Assembly: GCA_002938195.1 (NCBI GenBank) | Contig: PTKX01000005.1 | Span: forward strand, 1 to 57,947 | Direction of reading: 5' to 3' | Source of the DNA: Alphaproteobacteria bacterium MarineAlpha5_Bin7 | GTDB lineage: Bacteria; Pseudomonadota; Alphaproteobacteria; HIMB59; GCA-002718135 | Length of the DNA stretch: 57,947 nucleotides | In this document: positions 50,137 through 57,947 of the stretch, in pieces | Numbering within the stretch: the first letter of the stretch is position 1 | How the letters are laid out: every line of letters starts with the position of its first letter | Notes under the pieces: model-generated | What the model was told of the DNA's origin: nothing | What the model saw: the letters and a program-made list of their open reading frames with translations, nothing else | Database searches by the model: none | Made by a program: the position numbers and the translations under genes

Positions 50137-51360
50137 ATGAATAAAAAACCTCTAACAAAATTGCAAATATTTAAATTATTAAAGAAAATTTCTATTCCAA
50201 ATTTAGATATAGAGAAAATCAGTTTATATTCTTCTTATGGAAGAATTTCGTCATCAGATATAAAAAGTAAAATTAATATACCGCCGTTTAATAATTCAGC
50301 AGTAGATGGCTATGCATTGCATAGCAAAGATATAAAAAATAAAAAAAATTTAAAATGTATCTACAGAATTACAGCAGGTGATAATAAAAAAGTTTATTTA
50401 AAAAGTGGCGAAGTTGCAAGAATTTTTACAGGTGCTTGTATGCCAAAAAATAGTAATACTGTAGTTATGCAAGAAAACACAATTATAGATAAAAATAAAA
50501 ATATAAAGTTAAAAAAAATTCCACAACTTGGAGAGAATTGTAGATTATATGGCGAAGATATTGCTGTAGGAGAAAGAGTTTTAAAATTAGGGCAAGAAAT
50601 TAATACAACAAATATCAATTTGTTGGCAGCTATTGGTAAATCACAGATTAAAGTTACAAGGCATCTAAAAGTTGGATATTTTACCAATGGTAATGAACTG
50701 AAAGAACCAACAGAAAAACTTCAATATGGAGAAATTAATAATTCAAATCATTACTCTCTCTATTCTTTGCTAAGAAATAATTATATTAAATCAAAGTATT
50801 TGGGTATTTTACCAGATAATAGAAAAAAAATTATAAAAAACTTATTAAATGATATTGATAAATATGATGTCATTATTACAACTGGAGGAGCTTCTGTTGG
50901 AGAAGAAGATTATTTAATTAAGATCATAAAAGAATTGGGAAAATTAATTTTTTGGAAAACATTAATTAAGCCTGGACGTCCTTTAGCTTTAGGAAAAATT
51001 AAGAAAACATTGATTATATGTTTGCCTGGCAATCCTGTGTCAGTACATTTACTTTATGGCATGTTAATAAAACCTTTTTTTAAGCATTTATTAGGTTCTA
51101 AACTATTAACCCCTAAATCCTATACCGCTAAAGTAAATTTTTCTATGAGAAAAAAAACTAAGAGACTTGAATGGATAAGAGTTAATATTTATGAAAAAAA
51201 ATCAGGCACAATCATTGTAAACAAATATCCAAAACAGGGATCAGGCATGATTTCTTCGATAGCTTTTTCAGACGGAATTATAGAAATACCAGAAAGTATC
51301 AGCCAAATAAATATAGGCGATAAATTTGATTTATATTTATTTAAAGATATTTTTAACTAG
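50137..51360 (+). CDS. moeA: Molybdopterin molybdo/tungsto-transferase
   Basis: PPF.NSAVDGYA, RIFTGA, TGGASVGEED, KPGRP, LPGNPVS, QGSG. Confidence 0.95.
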   Translation: MNKKPLTKLQIFKLLKKISIPNLDIEKISLYSSYGRISSSDIKSKINIPPFNNSAVDGYALHSKDIKNKKNLKCIYRITAGDNKKVYLKSGEVARIFTGACMPKNSNTVVMQENTIIDKNKNIKLKKIPQLGENCRLYGEDIAVGERVLKLGQEINTTNINLLAAIGKSQIKVTRHLKVGYFTNGNELKEPTEKLQYGEINNSNHYSLYSLLRNNYIKSKYLGILPDNRKKIIKNLLNDIDKYDVIITTGGASVGEEDYLIKIIKELGKLIFWKTLIKPGRPLALGKIKKTLIICLPGNPVSVHLLYGMLIKPFFKHLLGSKLLTPKSYTAKVNFSMRKKTKRLEWIRVNIYEKKSGTIIVNKYPKQGSGMISSIAFSDGIIEIPESISQINIGDKFDLYLFKDIFN

Positions 51361-51607
51361 ATTTTTTTTTAAATTTATATCTTATAATAAATTTTTCTTT
51401 TTCCTTTTTACAATCTAGATAAATATATTGAGATTGTTCACAATAATGCTTAAAATCTACCTCTGCTAAAGGATCTGTAGCAATAACTTTAACTATGCAG
51501 CCATCTTTTAAGTTTTGAGATAGTTTTCGTGCCTTTAAAACTGGGATTGGACACTCCGTTCCTGAAGTATCAAGAATTATTTCTTTATTTTCAACTGCAT
51601 ATTTCAT
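51353..51607 (-). CDS. tusA: TusA family sulfur carrier
   Basis: LD..G..CPIPVLKARK, V.ATDP....DF..YC. Confidence 0.9.
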   Translation of the reverse strand: MKYAVENKEIILDTSGTECPIPVLKARKLSQNLKDGCIVKVIATDPLAEVDFKHYCEQSQYIYLDCKKEKEKFIIRYKFKKKSS

Positions 51608-51651
51608 TTCTTTATGGTAAAAATATATACTATTTATATTATTTTTCTTAT

Positions 51652-53355
51652 ATGAGTGATTTTATTTCAGAAAAAAAAGCAACTTCTAGTAAAAAGAAGA
51701 AAAGATGGTACCCCAAAGGTCGTCAAGTTGAAAAAAAATATTTAGAAGATATTAGTCTTTTATTTAAAGATAAAAAAATTATTAGGGATGAACTGATAGA
51801 ATATCTCCATAATATCCAAGATAAATACGGTATCTTGTACGATAAACATTTAGTAGCTCTTGCTGAAATAACTAACTTACCATTATCTGAAATTTATGAA
51901 GTAGCTACTTTTTATGCACATTTTAATATAATAAAAAATCAAGAACAAATTATACCCATTAAATTTGTTAGAGTATGTGAAAGTTTAACATGTGAGCTAT
52001 ATGGTGCAAAAAATATTTTAAATGATTTAAGCAAAATTAAAAATGAAAATATTAAAGTTGTTCCAGGACCTTGTATGGGTCGATGTCATTCTGCACCTAC
52101 TGTTTGTGTTGACAAAAACTATATTGATAATGCTAAAACAGAAGAAGTTTTAAAAGCAATAGAAGCAAAAAATTTTAAAGTAAAAATCCCTAAGTATATT
52201 TCTTTTCAACAATATATAGATAACGGAGGATATACAATTCCACAAAAAATATCTAAAAAAGAAATTTCTAATTCTCAAATTATTGATATTTTAAATGAAA
52301 GCGGATTAAAAGGAAAAGGGGGAGCTGGTTTTCCCACTGGAAAAAAATGGGAAATAGTGTCCCAATACAAAGATATAAAGTATCTAGCTATAAACGGCGA
52401 TGAAGGAGAACCTGGAACTTTCAAAGATAGGTTTTATTTGGAATCAGATCCTCATAGGTTTTTAGAAGGAGTTTTAATTGCTTCAAAATTTATCAATGCA
52501 CATAAAGTATATATATATTTAAGAGATGAATATCCTGCAGCTATTGAAATTTTAAAAAAAGAAATAGCAATTTTAGTAGAAAACAATTTTATTGAAAAAA
52601 ATTATTTTATATTACGTAGAGGTGCTGGCGCATATATTTGTGGTGAGGAATCTGCTATGATTGAAAGCATTGAAGGCAAAAGGGGCTTGCCAAGACATAA
52701 ACCTCCTTTTGCAGCTGAAGTTGGATTGTTTGGAAAACCAACTTTAACTAATAATATTGAAACTATTTTTTGGATTAGAGATATTATTGAAAGAGGACCA
52801 CGCTGGTTTTCCGAACAAGGAATCAGAGGTAGAAAAGGTTTTCATAGTTTCTCCGTATCAGGAAGAGTCAATAATCCTGGAGTCAAAGTTGCTCCAGCTG
52901 GAATTACAGTGCAAGAGTTGATAGATAAATATTGTGGAGGTATGGCCCAAGGACATTTATTCAAAGGTTATTTGCCAGGAGGAGCTTCAGGAGGAATTTT
53001 ACCTTCCACTTTAAATAATATTCCTCTAGATTATGGTTCAAAAGAATTAGATCAAGAAGGTTGTTTTTTAGGTTCAGCAGCTATTGTAATATTATCAGAT
53101 AAAGATGATATGACAAAGGTAGCTCTTAATCTATTACAGTTTTTTGAAGAAGAAAGTTGCGGACAATGTACTCCTTGTAGAGTCGGTACAGAAAAAACAG
53201 TTAAAATAATGAAACAAAAAATTTGGAATAAAAGCAAACTGGAGGATTTATCTGAAGTCATGTCAGAGGCTTCAATTTGTGGACTAGGACAAGCTGCTAG
53301 CAATCCATTAAAATCCGTCATGAAGTATTTTAAAAATGAGTTAAATTATGAATGA
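51652..53355 (+). CDS. NAD-dependent formate dehydrogenase beta (diaphorase) subunit, fused NuoE-like + NuoF-like
   Basis: PKGRQ, EVATFYAHF, C....C / C.GRC 2Fe-2S, GKGGAGFPTG.KW, DEGEPGTFKDR, YICGEESA, ESCGQCTPCR. Start set at the ATG at 51652 because the upstream extension overlaps tusA. Confidence 0.92.
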   Translation: MSDFISEKKATSSKKKKRWYPKGRQVEKKYLEDISLLFKDKKIIRDELIEYLHNIQDKYGILYDKHLVALAEITNLPLSEIYEVATFYAHFNIIKNQEQIIPIKFVRVCESLTCELYGAKNILNDLSKIKNENIKVVPGPCMGRCHSAPTVCVDKNYIDNAKTEEVLKAIEAKNFKVKIPKYISFQQYIDNGGYTIPQKISKKEISNSQIIDILNESGLKGKGGAGFPTGKKWEIVSQYKDIKYLAINGDEGEPGTFKDRFYLESDPHRFLEGVLIASKFINAHKVYIYLRDEYPAAIEILKKEIAILVENNFIEKNYFILRRGAGAYICGEESAMIESIEGKRGLPRHKPPFAAEVGLFGKPTLTNNIETIFWIRDIIERGPRWFSEQGIRGRKGFHSFSVSGRVNNPGVKVAPAGITVQELIDKYCGGMAQGHLFKGYLPGGASGGILPSTLNNIPLDYGSKELDQEGCFLGSAAIVILSDKDDMTKVALNLLQFFEEESCGQCTPCRVGTEKTVKIMKQKIWNKSKLEDLSEVMSEASICGLGQAASNPLKSVMKYFKNELNYE

Positions 53356-56101
53356 AAAAAAAATAACCTTTTATCTTGATAATAAGAAAGTTGAAGCAAA
53401 CAATGGTGAAACTATTTGGCAAGTTGCAAATAAAAATGGCATTGAAATTCCTCATTTATGTTATGCGAATAAGCCAGGTTACAGAGCTGATGGCAATTGT
53501 AGAGCTTGTATGGTTGAGGTTGAAGGTGAAAGAGTTTTAGCGGCATCTTGTATACGTAAACCAAATCAAAATATGAAAGTTTCTACCTCAAGTGTGAAAG
53601 CAAAAAAATCAAGAAATCTTGTTTTCGAATTATTGCTTGCTGATCAACCAAAAAAAGAAGTGGCTCACGATAGTAATTCACATTTTTGGCATTGGATAGA
53701 TAAAATAGAGTTAAAAGAAAATAGATTTCCAAAAAAAACTCCTTGTACATCGGATGGATCACACCCTTCGATGGCAGTTAATCTAGATGCTTGTATACAA
53801 TGTAATTTGTGCGTTAGAGCCTGCAGAGAAGTTCAAGTAAATGATGTTATAGGAATGGCATATAGAGGAGAAAATTCAAAAATAGTTTTTGATTTTGATG
53901 ATCCAATGGGAGATAGTTCATGTGTAGCTTGCGGTGAATGTGTTCAAGCTTGTCCTACAGGAGCTCTCATGCCATCATCTTTAGTAGATGACAGAGGTAT
54001 TGGTCATTCTAAATCAGACAAAAAAGTTGATAGCGTATGTCCATATTGTGGAGTGGGCTGTCAAATTGAGTACAATGTTAATAATAACAAAATATCATAT
54101 GTTAATGGAGTAGATGGTCCAGCCAATAAAAATCGTTTATGTGTTAAGGGTAGATTTGGTTTTGATTACGTTAATCATCCTCATAGATTAACAAAACCTC
54201 TCATTAGAATAAAAGGCAAAAGTAAAGATTTACACCCTAATATTAATCCAAATAATATAGATGAATATTTTAAAGAAGTCTCATGGCAAGAAGCTTTAGA
54301 TTTTGCAGCTGAAGGTTTGAAAAATTTAAAAAATAAAAAAAACAATATAAGTAATTTAGCAGGTTTTGGCTCAGCTAAATGTTCTAATGAAGAGGCTTAT
54401 CTTTTTCAAAAATTTATTAGGACTGGTTTGAAAACTAATAATGTAGATCATTGTACAAGATTATGCCATGCGTCTTCAGTGGCAGCTCTATTAGAAACAA
54501 TTGGGTCGGGAGCAGTAACAGCTCCTTTTTATGAAGTAGAACATTCTGATGTAATTATTGTAATAGGAGCTAATCCAACTGAAAATCACCCTGTGGCTGC
54601 AACTTTTTTTAAAAATGCAGCAAAAAAAGGTTCTAAACTAATAGTAATGGATCCTAGGGGGCATGCTTTAAAAAAATACGCAACACATATGTTGCAATTT
54701 AAACCAGGTGCTGACGTTGCTTTATTAAATTCGATAATGAATATAATTATTAAGGAAGAGATCTACAACGTAGAGTACATAAAACATCGAACTCAAGGAT
54801 TTGAGCATTTAAAGGAACATTTAGAAGATTTTAGTCCTGAAAAAATGGAAAAAATTACAGGCATAAATCCTGAAATAATTAAAAAAGTGGCTAGACTTTA
54901 CGCAAAAACTAATAAAGGTATAATTTTTTGGGGAATGGGAATATCCCAACATATTCATGGCACCGATAATGCAAGATGTTTAATTTCTTTAGCCTTAATG
55001 ACAGGAAATGTTGGAAAAAAAGGAACAGGCCTTCATCCTTTAAGAGGGCAAAATAATGTGCAAGGAGCTTCTGATGCAGGACTAATACCTATGATGTATC
55101 CCGACTATCAGTTAGTAGATAAAGATAACAATAAAAAATTTTATGAAGAATTTTGGAAAACAGATTTAGATCCCAATAAAGGTTTAACAGTAGTAGAAAT
55201 TATGAACTCAATACATGATAATCAAATTAAAGGCATGTATATATTGGGAGAAAATCCAGCTATGTCTGATCCTGATTTAAATCATGCTAGAGCTGCATTA
55301 CAAAAATTAGAGCATTTAATAGTGCAAGATATTTTTTTAACTGAAACAGCTAATTATGCTGATGTAATACTTCCTGCTTCGGCTTGGCCTGAAAAAAATG
55401 GCACTGTTACGAATACAAATCGTCAAGTTCAAATGGGTAGAAAAGCAATCAATTCTCCTGGAGAAGCAAAAGAAGATTGGTGGATTATAAATGAGCTAGG
55501 AAAAAAAATAGGATTGGAATGGAATTACAATCATCCAAAAAGTATTTATGAAGAAATGTCAGAAGCTATGCCTTCTTTAAAGAATATTTCATGGGAAAGA
55601 TTGGACAAAGAAAATTCAGTTACTTATCCATGTAAATCTATTGATTCTGATGGAGAAGAAATAGTATTTAGTGATAAATTTCCTACAGAAAATGGCAAAG
55701 GAAAATTTGTATTTGCGAATGTTATTTCTCCAGATGAACTTCCAAACAACAAATTCCCTATGATACTTACCACCGGAAGACAGTTAGAGCATTGGCATAC
55801 AGGCGCTATGACCAGAAAAGCAACCAATTTAAATGCAATAGAACCTGAAGCTACTGTTTCAATGTCTCCTAATGATATAGAAAATAAACATATCAAGCCT
55901 GGAGATCTAATTAAGATATCAACCAAAAGAGGGTCAATTAATATTAGAGTGAGGGAAGATAGAGCGATCCCAGAAGGAGTGATTTTTATACCTTTTTGTT
56001 ACAATGAGGCTGCGGCCAATCTTCTGACAAATCCAGCCTTAGACCCATTTGGGAAAATTCCAGAATTTAAGTATTGTGCTGCAAATATTGAACCTTTATG
56101 A
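53348..56101 (+). CDS. fdhF: Formate dehydrogenase alpha subunit (Mo/W-bisPGD, Cys ligand)
   Basis: N-terminal Fe-S motifs, CPYCGVGC, LCVKGRFG, NNVDHCTRLCHASSV, LRGQNNVQG, LTTGR.LEHWH, PEFK. Confidence 0.96.
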   Translation: MNEKKITFYLDNKKVEANNGETIWQVANKNGIEIPHLCYANKPGYRADGNCRACMVEVEGERVLAASCIRKPNQNMKVSTSSVKAKKSRNLVFELLLADQPKKEVAHDSNSHFWHWIDKIELKENRFPKKTPCTSDGSHPSMAVNLDACIQCNLCVRACREVQVNDVIGMAYRGENSKIVFDFDDPMGDSSCVACGECVQACPTGALMPSSLVDDRGIGHSKSDKKVDSVCPYCGVGCQIEYNVNNNKISYVNGVDGPANKNRLCVKGRFGFDYVNHPHRLTKPLIRIKGKSKDLHPNINPNNIDEYFKEVSWQEALDFAAEGLKNLKNKKNNISNLAGFGSAKCSNEEAYLFQKFIRTGLKTNNVDHCTRLCHASSVAALLETIGSGAVTAPFYEVEHSDVIIVIGANPTENHPVAATFFKNAAKKGSKLIVMDPRGHALKKYATHMLQFKPGADVALLNSIMNIIIKEEIYNVEYIKHRTQGFEHLKEHLEDFSPEKMEKITGINPEIIKKVARLYAKTNKGIIFWGMGISQHIHGTDNARCLISLALMTGNVGKKGTGLHPLRGQNNVQGASDAGLIPMMYPDYQLVDKDNNKKFYEEFWKTDLDPNKGLTVVEIMNSIHDNQIKGMYILGENPAMSDPDLNHARAALQKLEHLIVQDIFLTETANYADVILPASAWPEKNGTVTNTNRQVQMGRKAINSPGEAKEDWWIINELGKKIGLEWNYNHPKSIYEEMSEAMPSLKNISWERLDKENSVTYPCKSIDSDGEEIVFSDKFPTENGKGKFVFANVISPDELPNNKFPMILTTGRQLEHWHTGAMTRKATNLNAIEPEATVSMSPNDIENKHIKPGDLIKISTKRGSINIRVREDRAIPEGVIFIPFCYNEAAANLLTNPALDPFGKIPEFKYCAANIEPL

Positions 56102-56108
56102 CATTACT

Positions 56109-56228
56109 ATGTTTAAAAAAATAATAATAATAATTTTTTTGGCAATGCCGTTAGCTCAATGCTCTTCTTTAAGTGAATTGAATGAAAGAGCTAAAGGAGA
56201 TGGCGTTCCATATATTCCTGGAATATAA
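56109..56228 (+). CDS. Putative 39-aa small lipoprotein
   Basis: Manual translation MFKKIIIIIFLAMPLAQCSSLSELNERAKGDGVPYIPGI*: basic N-terminus, hydrophobic core, lipobox-like LAQ-C. Below the ORF-track size cut-off. Confidence 0.6.
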   Translation: MFKKIIIIIFLAMPLAQCSSLSELNERAKGDGVPYIPGI

Positions 56229-56272
56229 TTTAGATTAATTACTCCGGAATATACTCTAAATTAAATACTTAT

Positions 56273-56349
56273 GTGCCCGTAGCTCAGTAGGATAGAGCAC
56301 CAGATTCCTAATCTGGGGGCCGTGAGTTCGAATCTCGCCGGGCACGCCA
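56273..56349 (+). tRNA. tRNA-Arg (anticodon CCT)
   Basis: Acceptor stem GTGCCCG/CGGGCAC, D arm AGCTCAGTAGGATAGAGC, anticodon arm CCAGA-TTCCTAA-TCTGG, T loop TTCGAAT, encoded 3' CCA; 77 nt. Confidence 0.97.
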
Positions 56350-56434
56350 ATTAATAATCTACAAAAATATATCTAAATTTTCTTTATTCCTTCTTGATGG
56401 TTAAATTTAAAATTTAATAAACTTTTTGATTAAA

Positions 56435-57580
56435 TTATTTATTAATTGTAGAAATTTTAGACAAAAGACCGTCTTTATCTACATAACATCCTTGCAACCA
56501 ACGCGTACCTTCACCAGAATAAGAAGTGCGAGCATGCAAGACTCTAGTATTATCTATAATAAAACATTCTCCAGGATTTAATTTAAATTTTACTAACAAT
56601 TTAGGATTATTAATAATATTTGAAAATAAATTATAAGCTTTATAATAATCAGCCATCTTTTTATAAGGAACATTAGTAATTGGCGCTATAGAACGGTTAT
56701 TGAATCGAATAGTAATTATTTCTTTAGAAGAAGATAATTCTATTAAAGGGCGTTCAGATTCAAGATGTACTTTATTTTTTTCTTTAAATTCAAAGTGTGC
56801 TGAATATTTAGATAGTAAATCAAAAAAATAAGAATTTTGATTTTGCAGCAGTTGAGCTGCATAAAAACCATCTACAACAATTGAATCTCCCCCTGTTACA
56901 GAATTTTCTAAGCAATAAAGAATTTGCATAGTAGGAACAGGATTTCTATATGGATTGTCTGTATGAGGATTTAATCCTAGATTTGTATAAGCTAAATTTA
57001 TAGCATTCACGTTTGTTTTAACATTAAAAAACTTACCATAATTAGTCTCTCTGATATAACCAAACAAATCTGCTATCTCCACAAGTGCACCAGATTTTAT
57101 TTTACATCTATTTATTTTTGCAAAACCATATTTATTAAGAGATACCAACCATTTGTATAAAGAAGATTTATTTGATTTAGCTTCTTCGAAATTAATTTCA
57201 GGAAGATTTTTTGAAAAACTTTTATCCCAAGTTTTTAAATTTGGATTAATCCAACCAATAATTTTTTTTATTTTTTTATCATATTTATATTTTATAAGCC
57301 AATTTGAAGGGAATGTTATTTTTTTATTTTCGGGTGCAAAGGTTAAAAAAATGTTTTCACCTGATTCATCTAAAGAAACTGATTCAATATAAATATCAGA
57401 AAAGTCAGAATGATTTATCAAACGCTGTCCATTGTTAACGTCTCTTGTCATTGAATCTAATGAATTATCTCTTAACCAATTAGAGTGATAACGTATTGCA
57501 TCTCCATTTTTGCACAAACATCTTATAGCTTTTCCAGAATCAATAATCTTGACTAACTTAAAACCATTATTTACTTTCAT
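56435..57580 (-). CDS. Fe(II)/2-oxoglutarate dioxygenase, gamma-butyrobetaine hydroxylase/TmpA-like
   Basis: WLRDN, RETNYG, NLAYT..GL..HTDNPYR.PVP, VDGF, IRFNNRS, DNTRVLHAR, RWLQGCY.DKDGL. Start set at the ATG at 57580. Confidence 0.88.
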   Translation of the reverse strand: MKVNNGFKLVKIIDSGKAIRCLCKNGDAIRYHSNWLRDNSLDSMTRDVNNGQRLINHSDFSDIYIESVSLDESGENIFLTFAPENKKITFPSNWLIKYKYDKKIKKIIGWINPNLKTWDKSFSKNLPEINFEEAKSNKSSLYKWLVSLNKYGFAKINRCKIKSGALVEIADLFGYIRETNYGKFFNVKTNVNAINLAYTNLGLNPHTDNPYRNPVPTMQILYCLENSVTGGDSIVVDGFYAAQLLQNQNSYFFDLLSKYSAHFEFKEKNKVHLESERPLIELSSSKEIITIRFNNRSIAPITNVPYKKMADYYKAYNLFSNIINNPKLLVKFKLNPGECFIIDNTRVLHARTSYSGEGTRWLQGCYVDKDGLLSKISTINK

Positions 57581-57684
57581 GTTCAATTAACTAAATTTTT
57601 TTAGCCATATTTATGCTAAAGAGAGTATATACTTTTGTTCTACTTTAAACAAAATATATTTGCTAAACAAAATGAATATATATA

Positions 57685-57713
57685 GTGACTGTTTTATAAT
57701 TAGTAACTAACAT
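57685..57713 (+). promoter_or_regulatory. Putative sigma70 promoter (leaderless) for the efflux adaptor gene
   Basis: GTGACT (57685-90), 17-nt spacer, TAACAT (57708-13), 7 nt before the ATG at 57721. Confidence 0.45.
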
Positions 57714-57720
57714 TATTTCT

Positions 57721-57947
57721 ATGAAAAAAATATTATTTCTTATTTTAATTGCTGTTTTTTTAGCTGGGGGTTACTATTATTTTTATCAAGATAATGAAGA
57801 TGTAAGCACAACCACTTATGAATTTGTTAAAATAGAAAAAGGTAATATTAAAAAAATAGTGTCGGCTACTGGAAAAATAACACCAACTAATTCTCAAATA
57901 TTATCTTCAGAAATTTCTGGTAAAATTGTTAGTATTGAAAAAGATTT
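57721..57947 (+). CDS. Efflux transporter periplasmic adaptor (MacA/RND MFP family), truncated by the window end
   Basis: Manual translation MKKILFLILIAVFLAGGYYYF...KIEKGNIKKIVSATGKITP....LSSEISGKIVSIEKD, a typical MFP N-terminus. Confidence 0.85.
   Translation, partial: MKKILFLILIAVFLAGGYYYFYQDNEDVSTTTYEFVKIEKGNIKKIVSATGKITPTNSQILSSEISGKIVSIEKD

Noticed and set aside
51529-51651. Extended N-termini in the ORF track (FDH beta from 51529; also cfa 9720, pal 23632, cpoB 24264)
   Set aside because: The extensions overlap neighbouring genes, precede the Shine-Dalgarno or signal peptide, or abut a hairpin; downstream ATGs fit the families better.
54440-56101. Possible selenocysteine in formate dehydrogenase (gene ends in TGA)
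   Set aside because: The active-site ligand is Cys (CTRLCHAS). The TGA falls at the normal C-terminus after PEFK...A and is followed shortly by an in-frame TAA.
56147-56161. tRNA-like 5' fragment GCCGTTAGCTCAATG upstream of tRNA-Arg
   Set aside because: No D-stem closure, anticodon arm or T arm follows; better explained as codons of the small lipoprotein ORF.
2117-57392. Many 60-170 aa ORFs in the track lying antisense to or inside larger genes (e.g. 4291-4674, 11063-11428, 15866-16216, 19798-20010, 26452-26973, 34553-34762, 55624-55926)
   Set aside because: They lie within or across well-supported conserved genes and have no recognisable motifs; they are shadow ORFs.
1-57947. CRISPR arrays, IS elements, rRNA, riboswitches
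   Set aside because: No spaced direct repeats, transposase motifs or rRNA-like tracts were seen by eye, and spacers upstream of the C1 and sulfur genes lack recognisable aptamer cores. A covariance-model search was not possible.

Overview
A 58 kb, very AT-rich, extremely gene-dense chromosomal segment with many abutting or overlapping genes, from a streamlined marine Alphaproteobacterium. The L33 sequence type, aprMBA and overall gene content point to a SAR11/Pelagibacterales-like lineage (inference). It contains: (i) C1/methyl oxidation genes (soxBDA', fhs, metF); (ii) a FAD oxidoreductase-DUF1365-cfa lipid modification trio; (iii) a long core alphaproteobacterial block (trcR, rpmE, suhB, efp, gap, tkt, zapA, ygfA, ymdB, yebC, tol-pal, cpoB, tilS, ftsH, glmM, hisZ, purA, rpoH, rluD, xseB, dxs, tlyA, aroC, fabI, pdxH) from which several normally syntenic genes are absent; (iv) an aprMBA sulfur module with an APS-kinase-like gene, lying inside the tauE-TIGR02186-usp operon; (v) an NAD-dependent formate dehydrogenase with Mo/W cofactor genes; (vi) tRNA-Arg(CCT), a TmpA/BBOX-like dioxygenase and the start of an efflux adaptor gene. 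The standout observation is at the yebC-tolQ junction, where ruvC-ruvA-ruvB(-ybgC) normally sit. Here there is instead a single 100-aa PD-(D/E)xK nuclease carrying the archaeal/phage Hjc Holliday-junction-resolvase motif, a candidate in-situ non-orthologous replacement of RuvABC. I saw no CRISPR array, rRNA, transposase or integrase. All product calls come from motif recognition and synteny by eye; no searches were run.
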